This document shows, in pieces, positions 24,769 through 32,000 of a DNA stretch of 32,000 nucleotides (the first letter of the stretch is position 1; each line of letters opens with the position of its first letter). Both the position numbers and the translations under genes were made by a program. The notes under the pieces are model-generated. The model worked only from the letters and a program-made list of their open reading frames with translations, made no database searches and was not told where the DNA came from. The DNA comes from an uncultured Candidatus Saccharibacteria bacterium. GTDB taxonomy: Bacteria > Patescibacteriota > UBA1384 > XYA2-FULL-43-10 > 1-14-0-10-43-13. The DNA lies in the NCBI GenBank assembly GCA_964543385.1, contig CAZIYE010000001.1, forward strand, positions 150,001 to 182,000. Direction: 5' to 3'.

Positions 24769-26928
24769 TTAGCTATTGTCTATTGTCTGTTCTGGCTTAT
24801 CCCATGTCGCATAATCACACTCTGGATATCTGGAGCATCCCCAGAAAGATCTCCTTCTTTTTGTCTTTCTCTCTATCACTTCGCCTTTTTCACATTTCGG
24901 ACACTTAATTCCAGTTTTACCAACGATAGCCTTTGTATTCTTGCATTTTGGATAATTCTCGCAAGCCAAAAATTTGCCAAATCTCCCCTCTTTAAGAACC
25001 ATCTTGCCGCCACATTTTTCACATTTTTCCTTCTCAGCGTCGGGCAAGCTTTCTGTTTTGCCATCACCTTCTAGAACCTCTAAATTTTTGTCATCGGTTT
25101 TTGTTTCGATCGGTCTTGAATATTTGCAAGTCGGATATCCAGTACAAGCAATAAATTTACCAAATCTACCATGTTTAATTACCAATGGCTTGTCACATTC
25201 TGGACAAGATTCACCAGTTTCTTCAACAGGCATTACTTCATTTTTATTTATTTCTTTATCTTTTAAAGCTAGATTCTTAGCAAAGGGCTTGTAAAATTCA
25301 TCAATAACGCCATGCCACTCTCTTTTTCCTTCGGCAATTTCATCAAACTCATCTTCCATCTTTGCGGTAAACTGGTAATCGACTATCTCTTGAAAATGTT
25401 TTACAAGTAGATCGTTTACGATAGATCCTATTTCAGTTGGCTGAAATCTTTTTGTAATTAGCTCAACATAGCCACGTTTTTGTATTGTTTCAAGGGTTGG
25501 AGCATAGGTTGAAGGACGTCCGATACCCAAACTTTCGAGTTTCTTAACGAGAGTTGCTTCGGAATATCGTTTAGGCGGCTCGGTAAATTTCTGATCTTTG
25601 ATCATTCTAATAAAATCAAGAATATCGCTTACTTCCATTTTTGGTATCTTGGTTGTTTCTTTCTCGGTATCATCATCGCTACTCTCCTGATAAACCTTCA
25701 TAAAACCATCAAATTTAACCATCTCTCCCTTGGCTAGAAATACATACTTCTTTGCGGTATCAGCAAGCACTTTTACCTTAACAACATCAATAATTGCATC
25801 TGCCATTTGAGTTGCAACAGTTCTTTTCCATATAAGATCGTATAATTTTTGACCACGGCGGTCGTCTGTTACATTCAATTTCTCAAAATGAGTTGGTCTG
25901 ATTGCCTCATGCGCTTCCTGTGCATGTTTTGTCTTTGTGGCAAAAGATCTTCCCTTGCCTGCTATATATTCTTCTCCAAATTGATTAGTTATTACTCCCT
26001 TTATCGCCAAGACAGCTTCAACAGACAAATTTATTGAGTCAGTACGCATATAGGTAATATGTCCAGCCTCATAAAGCTGCTGAGCTAAAACCATTGTTTG
26101 CTTAGGTGAATAGCCAAGTTTTCTCGAAGCCTCCATCTGCAAGGTCGATGTTGTAAATGGCGCCGATGGACGGCGGATTGAATCTTCATGTTTAATATCT
26201 AAAACCTGATAAGAAGCATTTTTTAGATTATTATAAATTTCTGTTGCTGCTTCCTCGGTCTTAATATCCATTTTTCCAACCGATTTACCATCTATTTCTG
26301 ATAATAATGCAACAAATGATTCTTTGCTCTTTGTCGCAAGCTCTGCACCAATCAACCAATATTCCACTGGCTTGAAGTTCTCTATTTCTCTTTCTTTTTC
26401 CACTACCAAACGGACAGCAACAGACTGGACACGACCAGCCGAAAGTCCTTTTTTGACCTTTTTCCAAAGTAATGGAGACAGTTTATATCCAACAAGACGA
26501 TCAAGAACTCTTCGCGCTTGCTGTGCATCAACTAAATTTATATCAAGGTCTCTAGGATTCTTAACTGCATTTTCAATCGCATTTTTTGTTATTTCATGAA
26601 AAACAATCCTTTTTACTCTGGAATCTTTCTTCTTAAGCCCTAAAGCATGAGTCAAATGCCACGAGATTGCTTCTCCTTCACGATCCAAGTCAGTTGCTAA
26701 ATAAACTATTTCTGCCTTCGATGAATATTCTTTGAGCGCTGAAATAGTTTTTTTTGCCTTTGGTAAAATTTGATACTGAGGATCATAATTTTTCTCAATA
26801 TCGATCCCGATATTCTTCTCCAGCAAATCCCGAACATGACCAAAAGAAGCCAAGACCTTATAGTCACGACCAAGATATTTTTCTATTGTCTTTGCTTTCG
26901 CAGGAGACTCTACTATTACTAGATTCAT
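24769..26928 (-). CDS. topA: type IA DNA topoisomerase I with C-terminal zinc ribbons
   Basis: MNLVIVESPAKAKTIEKYLG, DLDREGEAISWHL, GYKLSPLLWKKVKKGLSAGRVQSVAVRLV, ITYMRTDS, repeated C4 ribbons. Confidence 0.97.
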   Translation of the reverse strand: MNLVIVESPAKAKTIEKYLGRDYKVLASFGHVRDLLEKNIGIDIEKNYDPQYQILPKAKKTISALKEYSSKAEIVYLATDLDREGEAISWHLTHALGLKKKDSRVKRIVFHEITKNAIENAVKNPRDLDINLVDAQQARRVLDRLVGYKLSPLLWKKVKKGLSAGRVQSVAVRLVVEKEREIENFKPVEYWLIGAELATKSKESFVALLSEIDGKSVGKMDIKTEEAATEIYNNLKNASYQVLDIKHEDSIRRPSAPFTTSTLQMEASRKLGYSPKQTMVLAQQLYEAGHITYMRTDSINLSVEAVLAIKGVITNQFGEEYIAGKGRSFATKTKHAQEAHEAIRPTHFEKLNVTDDRRGQKLYDLIWKRTVATQMADAIIDVVKVKVLADTAKKYVFLAKGEMVKFDGFMKVYQESSDDDTEKETTKIPKMEVSDILDFIRMIKDQKFTEPPKRYSEATLVKKLESLGIGRPSTYAPTLETIQKRGYVELITKRFQPTEIGSIVNDLLVKHFQEIVDYQFTAKMEDEFDEIAEGKREWHGVIDEFYKPFAKNLALKDKEINKNEVMPVEETGESCPECDKPLVIKHGRFGKFIACTGYPTCKYSRPIETKTDDKNLEVLEGDGKTESLPDAEKEKCEKCGGKMVLKEGRFGKFLACENYPKCKNTKAIVGKTGIKCPKCEKGEVIERKTKRRRSFWGCSRYPECDYATWDKPEQTIDNS

Positions 26929-27040
26929 ACTTTTTGCCTTTTTTGATTTGTTTTTGTTTTATACTATTAGTTAAATTAACAGCTAGAAAATAAAATTACA
27001 ACAGATGCTGGTATGACAATAAATAAGTTTGTCCAAAATT

Positions 27041-28120
27041 TTATTTATTTAATTTATAAAAACCACCACCTGAGTTTACAACCATGCCCTTCATCTCGAG
27101 TATTGTTAGGACTGAATTTACAGCCACAATGTTAAGCTTACTTTGCCTAATCAAATCATCAATCAGGCAATCACCATTTGATAAAATATTGGCTATGATT
27201 TTTTCATCGTCCGACTCCGGTATCAGCTCTTTCGCTTTTTGTCGACATTGTGTTATTTCTATATTTAGTTCTTTCAATATATCTTCTACACCCAACACTA
27301 ATTTTGCACCCTCCTGGATCAGTTTATTGGTACCAATAGAATTTTCATTATCAATATTTCCAGGAAGAGCAAACACATCTCTGCTACATTCAAGAGCCTG
27401 ATAAGCGGTTATTAAGGCACCGGATCTTTCTGCCGCCTCAATTACCAAAACGCCACGAGATAATCCTGCTATTATTCTATTGCGAGCAGGAAAATTTTGC
27501 TTCATAGGCGGTACACCTAAGGGAAATTCCGTTATTATCGCCCCACCTTTTTCAATTATTTCTTGACCAAGATGAAAATTACTAACTGGATAAATACTGT
27601 CCAAACCGCAGCCCAGGACACCTACCGTTTTCCCATTTACATCCAAGGCCGCCTGATGTGCAAATGAGTCAACGCCTAATGCTAAACCAGAAATAATAGT
27701 TATACCTAGGTCTGCACACTCTTTCGATAATTTGTATGAAAACTTCTTACCATAGTTTGTATATTTTCGACTACCAACAACTCCGAGAGAAAATGTATCT
27801 AAGATACTAATATCCCCTTTTATATAAAGTACCGCTGGGCAATCATAAACTTCCTTCAAAAGTTTAGGGTAATTTTTATCAAAAATTGTAATATAGCCCA
27901 CACCAAATCTTGTCAGCTTATCTATCTCATCGTCAGGATTATATTTAGATCTAGCTTCTATAATATATGAAGCAATTTTTTCCCCAAGCTTCTGGACAAG
28001 ATGTTCTTTACTATCGGACCACAAAGTTTTTGGGTTATTGTACGAGATCAATATTTTTTTAAGAGTTTGTCCACCAATTTTATGGTGACAATTCAAGGCA
28101 ATAAGATATTTAGTATCCAT
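27041..28120 (-). CDS. dprA: DNA processing protein DprA
   Basis: GVVGSRKYTNYGKKFSYKLSKECADLGITIISGLALGVDSFAHQAAL, IDSIYPVSN, FPLGVPPMKQNFPARNRIIAGLS. Confidence 0.94.
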   Translation of the reverse strand: MDTKYLIALNCHHKIGGQTLKKILISYNNPKTLWSDSKEHLVQKLGEKIASYIIEARSKYNPDDEIDKLTRFGVGYITIFDKNYPKLLKEVYDCPAVLYIKGDISILDTFSLGVVGSRKYTNYGKKFSYKLSKECADLGITIISGLALGVDSFAHQAALDVNGKTVGVLGCGLDSIYPVSNFHLGQEIIEKGGAIITEFPLGVPPMKQNFPARNRIIAGLSRGVLVIEAAERSGALITAYQALECSRDVFALPGNIDNENSIGTNKLIQEGAKLVLGVEDILKELNIEITQCRQKAKELIPESDDEKIIANILSNGDCLIDDLIRQSKLNIVAVNSVLTILEMKGMVVNSGGGFYKLNK

Positions 28121-28193
28121 TTCCCTCCCTTAAACAATCTTAGCTATTTGAAAACTACTAATTTTACATTTGTTATATTATATAACTCTAATA

Positions 28194-30035
28194 CTACTTT
28201 GTTGCCTTAATCTTTTCTACTGCTTTATTGAGCAACTTCGAATAAAGAACTAGGCCCATTGTTTCCATACTGCCATGTTGCTCTTTGCCTAATATATTTC
28301 CACCTCCCCTTATTTCCAAATCATGAAGAGCAATATTATAGCCACAACCCAATTCTGTATTTTCAGCAATCGCCCTGAGTCTTTTGATAGCATTTTCGCT
28401 AATTTTTTTATTTCGATATGTAAATAGTGCATAAGCCTTTTTAATACTCCTACCGATTCGTCCCCTGATTTGATAAAGTTGCGAGAGACCAAAATTATCT
28501 GAATCGTCTACTATGAGAGTATTCACGTTTTGCATGTCTAAACCGTTTTCGATAATAGTTGAACAAACTAAGATGTCTATTCTCTTTTCCAGGAAATCCT
28601 TCATTGTTCGAGCCAAAGCTTTTTCTCCCATTTGACCATGGGCTACTTCAATATTCAGATCAGGAAATTTTTCCGACAACATTCTTTTAACTGAATTAAT
28701 ATTTGCTACTTTATTATGAAGATAATAAACCTGGCCAGATCTTTCTATCTCTCTCCCTATATATTTACAGATTTTATCAATATCAAAAACAGCAACTTCA
28801 GTTAAAACTGGCAGGCGCCCTTTTGGTATAGAACTTATAGAAGAAATGTCTCTCAAACCAGAGAGGGCCATAAATAAAGTTCTCGGTATGGGCGTAGCAG
28901 TCAAACTCAATACATCTATATGTTCACGATATTTCTTAAGATTTTCCTTATCTTTAACACCAAACTTCTGCTCTTCATCTATTATCAAAAGACCAATATT
29001 CTTAAAATTAATATTACGACGTATGATTGAATGCGTACCGATTAATATATCAACGTTTCCACTTTCACATTTAGATATTGTCTTATTCTGTGAGTCCACT
29101 TCAACAAACCTACTAAGCCGATCTATATTGATAGGAAGTTTTGATAAACGCTGGCAAAAAGTAGAATAATGTTGTTCCGCTAAAATTGTTGTAGGAACGA
29201 GTATAGCTACCTGATAGCCATTGGCTACAGTTTGCACGGCAGCTCTGAGAGCAACCTCTGTTTTGCCAAAACCAACATCACCACAAACCAATCTGTCCAT
29301 CGGCTTCTTACTAGATAAATCTTTGAATACCTCTTTTATCGCTTGGATTTGATCTTCGGTCTCAGAGAATCCAAATGAATCGACTGATTTGTTATTCCAT
29401 TCAGAATTAATCTCTCTTGGAACTTTTATAGTTAACTCTCTTTTCGCATAAACCAGTAAAAGCTCACGTGCTATTTTTATGACATCTTCATACACTCTCT
29501 TATAGCTTTTCTTCCAGGCTGTTCCGCCCAACTTATTCAGCTTAGGCCTTCTCCTGCCCACACCAATGTATTTACTCAATTTATCAGCCTGAGTTGATGG
29601 CACATACAAGACATCATTATTTAGATATTCTATTTCAAAATAGACAATTTCTTCCCCAGCAACGACTTTTACTCTAACCCTCTTGAAAATACCGATTCCA
29701 TGATCTTCATGAACAATAAAATCGCCAGGGAACACTACACTTTTATCAACTAGTTTTAATTGGTTAGGTAGAAGATTTATTTCCAATAAATCTTTGCTCT
29801 TCTTTCCCGTTTCTAAGTCATATAAAAATATTTGTTCTATTTCATTACCAAAAAAATCTATTTTTATAGGCACTGAAATATCAGATGGAAAAATATTAAT
29901 CATGCCCCCCGCCGAAACAAACTCTCCGCTATTAGAAATGTTTATTACTTTTTCATAACCAAAATCTACTAAAGCCCTAGTGAGATCAGCAATAGTATGA
30001 TTTGTTCCTACTTTTAGTAAAATACTTCCCTGCAT
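28194..30035 (-). CDS. mfd: short Mfd-like transcription-repair coupling factor helicase, 613 aa
   Basis: RID/CarD-like FPGDFIVHEDHGIGIFKR, motor motifs CGDVGFGKTEVALRAA, DEEQKFGV, LSLTATPIPRTL, CSTIIENGLDMQNVNTLIV, GQIRGRIGRS-type QIRGRIGRSIKKAYA. Much shorter than canonical Mfd. Confidence 0.8.
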   Translation of the reverse strand: MQGSILLKVGTNHTIADLTRALVDFGYEKVINISNSGEFVSAGGMINIFPSDISVPIKIDFFGNEIEQIFLYDLETGKKSKDLLEINLLPNQLKLVDKSVVFPGDFIVHEDHGIGIFKRVRVKVVAGEEIVYFEIEYLNNDVLYVPSTQADKLSKYIGVGRRRPKLNKLGGTAWKKSYKRVYEDVIKIARELLLVYAKRELTIKVPREINSEWNNKSVDSFGFSETEDQIQAIKEVFKDLSSKKPMDRLVCGDVGFGKTEVALRAAVQTVANGYQVAILVPTTILAEQHYSTFCQRLSKLPINIDRLSRFVEVDSQNKTISKCESGNVDILIGTHSIIRRNINFKNIGLLIIDEEQKFGVKDKENLKKYREHIDVLSLTATPIPRTLFMALSGLRDISSISSIPKGRLPVLTEVAVFDIDKICKYIGREIERSGQVYYLHNKVANINSVKRMLSEKFPDLNIEVAHGQMGEKALARTMKDFLEKRIDILVCSTIIENGLDMQNVNTLIVDDSDNFGLSQLYQIRGRIGRSIKKAYALFTYRNKKISENAIKRLRAIAENTELGCGYNIALHDLEIRGGGNILGKEQHGSMETMGLVLYSKLLNKAVEKIKATK

Positions 30036-30155
30036 AATTTGACAATATACTAAAGATACTGCTAATATTCAAATGTTGAATAAAGTCCTATTGTCTGTGA
30101 TCGAAAAACGTTGCCCCTCCTTTCGTTTTGAGATCACAGACGGTACCTACTTTAT

Positions 30156-30188
30156 AAAAGAATTCCGCCGCAAGGTGGAATTCTTTTT
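30156..30188 (-). terminator. terminator after rplK (possibly bidirectional)
   Basis: AAAAGAATTCC.CC GCAA GG.GGAATTCTTTT hairpin. Confidence 0.8.
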
Positions 30189-30211
30189 TTATATGTATAT
30201 TTTTATTCTTA

Positions 30212-30637
30212 CTATTTCTCGATCTCTACGCCCATGCTTCGTGCAGTACCGGCAATAATCTTTTTGGCCGCCTCAATATCATTCGCGTTCAGATCACTCA
30301 TCTTAGAATTAGCAATCTCTTCTAACTGACCTTGAGATAGTTTACCGATTTTATTCTTCTTCGAATTATCAGAACCTTTTTCTTTTTTCATGGCCTGCAT
30401 TATTAATACTGCTGCAGGTGGTTGCTTCAGGATAAAGCTAAATGTTCTATCTTCGTAGATAGTTATCTCTACTGGAATAATAGTGTTACCCTTATCTTTA
30501 GTCTGGTCATTGAACGATTTACAGAATTCCATAATATTCACGCCATGCTGACCCAACGCAGGACCAACAGGAGGCGCTGGATTTGCTTTACCAGCAGGAC
30601 ACTGAAGTTTTACTATTGCTTTTATTGCTTTTGCCAT
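30212..30637 (-). CDS. rplK: 50S ribosomal protein L11
   Basis: [35 protein letters not shown]. Confidence 0.98.
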   Translation of the reverse strand: MAKAIKAIVKLQCPAGKANPAPPVGPALGQHGVNIMEFCKSFNDQTKDKGNTIIPVEITIYEDRTFSFILKQPPAAVLIMQAMKKEKGSDNSKKNKIGKLSQGQLEEIANSKMSDLNANDIEAAKKIIAGTARSMGVEIEK

Positions 30638-30749
30638 AATTACCTTTTTGATTATAATCTGAAATTAGAAGCTTAAAAAATTTAGGATTATAACTTAATT
30701 ATTCGTTATTTGTTTATTAGTTTGATTGGTTATCTGTATTATTTGGCCA

Positions 30750-31391
30750 CTACATTTTCTTAACTTGAAGAAAATCAAGGTTTACGGGGGTTTCTCTACC
30801 AAACATGTTTACCATAACTTTAAGCTTGCCTTTGTCTTGGTCGACTTCCTCTACTTTGCCCTCAAAACCCTTGAGAGCTCCATCTGTGATTTTTACAAGA
30901 TCGCCAACCACAAAATCAATCTGATATTTTGGCTCTTTTACACCCATTCTCTTCTTTAATCTGTCGATTTCTTCCTTAGACATTGGGGTTGGCCTTACGC
31001 CAAAACCAATAAATCCGGTGACGTTTGGTGTATTTCTAACCACATACCAGGAATCATCGGTTACAATCATATCTACCAAAACATATCCTGGAAAAATCTT
31101 CTTTTCTGCAATTTTTCTTTTGCCATTCTTGATTTCGATGGTCTTCTCTTTGGGCACAATCACATCAAAGATCTTGTCTTGCATGTTCATTGATTCAATT
31201 CTCTGTTTTAGAGAATCAGCAACTTGCTCTTCATATCCAGAATAGGTATGAATAACATACCAACTTCGCTCACCGGTCTGCTTCAAAGTAAGAAACTTTT
31301 TACGTTCCTCTTTAACAGTTTCCTCTCCGTCTAGGCTCGCCTCAGCCGAGACTGATGGGCTCTCTTTTTCGATTGTTTTTTCTTCTGTCAT
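30750..31391 (-). CDS. nusG: transcription antitermination protein NusG
   Basis: SWYVIHTYSGYEEQVADSLKQRIE, FPGYVLVDMIV, VRNTPNVTGFIG, GDLVKITDGALKGFEGKVEEVD. Confidence 0.97.
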   Translation of the reverse strand: MTEEKTIEKESPSVSAEASLDGEETVKEERKKFLTLKQTGERSWYVIHTYSGYEEQVADSLKQRIESMNMQDKIFDVIVPKEKTIEIKNGKRKIAEKKIFPGYVLVDMIVTDDSWYVVRNTPNVTGFIGFGVRPTPMSKEEIDRLKKRMGVKEPKYQIDFVVGDLVKITDGALKGFEGKVEEVDQDKGKLKVMVNMFGRETPVNLDFLQVKKM

Positions 31392-31398
31392 TTTGCCC

Positions 31399-31596
31399 CT
31401 AACCTCTATTTTGTACTAAGTACTCAACTAATTTTGTTAAACCGAAGTCAATGGCCGAAGTCAAAGCAATTGCAATGGCTGCAGAGACTAAGACAATGAT
31501 CGTATGATTCACCACTTGCTTACCTGTTGGCCAACTAACTTTTTTAAGTTCCGACCATACCCCTTTGAAGTAAGTAACAATATTTAAGTTTTTCAT
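31399..31596 (-). CDS. secE: preprotein translocase subunit SecE
   Basis: YFKGVWSELKKVSWPTGKQVVNHTIIVL plus TM; adjacent to nusG. Confidence 0.94.
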   Translation of the reverse strand: MKNLNIVTYFKGVWSELKKVSWPTGKQVVNHTIIVLVSAAIAIALTSAIDFGLTKLVEYLVQNRG

Positions 31597-31598
31597 AA

Positions 31599-31910
31599 TT
31601 AAAGTTTAATTTTTTTGATTGCAACAATTGTGTATTGTTGTCTGTGACCAAGATTTCTCTTGTAATGCTTCTTGGCATGAAATTTTATGCCGGAAACCTT
31701 ATCATCCTTAATGTCTTTCACAATCTCCCCGCTCACAGTTGCTCCGGCAATATATGGATTGCCAACCTTAACATCTTTACCGTCATCAACTAAAAGAATA
31801 TTAGAGAAAACGATTTCCTTATCATCCTCTTGATCAATAAGATCTATCTTATACTCTTTACCTTCTTCTACTCTGTACTGTTTTCCTTTGTAAGAAACGA
31901 TTGCAAACAT
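31599..31910 (-). CDS. rplU: 50S ribosomal protein L21
   Basis: MFAIVSYKGKQYRVEEGKEYKIDLI...KKHYKRNLGHRQQYTIVAI. Confidence 0.92.
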   Translation of the reverse strand: MFAIVSYKGKQYRVEEGKEYKIDLIDQEDDKEIVFSNILLVDDGKDVKVGNPYIAGATVSGEIVKDIKDDKVSGIKFHAKKHYKRNLGHRQQYTIVAIKKIKL

Positions 31911-32000
31911 TATTCTCCTAACTTAAAAAAGACCCGAGGTCTATCTTCAATGATAATATCACAAGGGATAAAAATGTCAAGACTTGTAAGCATTATAATA

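Noticed and set aside
28194-30035. RecG instead of Mfd
   Set aside because: The CarD/RID-like FPGDFIVHEDHGIGIFKR segment and domain-1b-like N-terminus point to Mfd; RecG's wedge domain is absent.
1-32000. CRISPR array, retron, transposase, toxin-antitoxin or other defence island
   Set aside because: No regularly spaced repeats, no cas, reverse transcriptase, integrase or transposase motifs in any ORF reviewed.

Overview
AT-rich bacterial contig with every supportable gene on the minus strand. The content looks like Candidate Phyla Radiation / Patescibacteria (taxonomy is inference). Housekeeping genes read right to left: rplU, secE, nusG, rplK, short mfd-like, dprA, topA, recR, small zinc-ribbon protein, cysS, dus, DUF11-like LPxTG surface protein, prfB (RF2), M50-like membrane protease, ybaB/ebfC, pth, tRNA-like element, rplA, rplJ, rplL, tgt. 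These are followed by uncharacterised genes leading into a truncated TraG/VirD4-like ATPase. Three conspicuously GC-rich segments (about 6.57-7.40 kb, 10.90-11.31 kb, 18.45-20.65 kb) interrupt this background. Each encodes proteins I cannot assign, and three of the four look secreted or membrane-anchored. Strong minus-strand promoters (-35, 17 nt, -10) sit upstream of the segments. Two of them have long AT-rich leaders full of nested inverted repeats, including a 73-nt three-way junction, a two-helix element with a C-rich anti-Shine-Dalgarno-like loop, and a promoter-to-terminator candidate ncRNA at about 21.22-21.09 kb. Other points of interest are an Mfd homologue missing its N- and C-terminal domains, a tRNA-like gene with an oversized anticodon loop, and a likely L10-leader attenuator. 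No CRISPR array, transposase, reverse transcriptase or recognisable defence system was seen.
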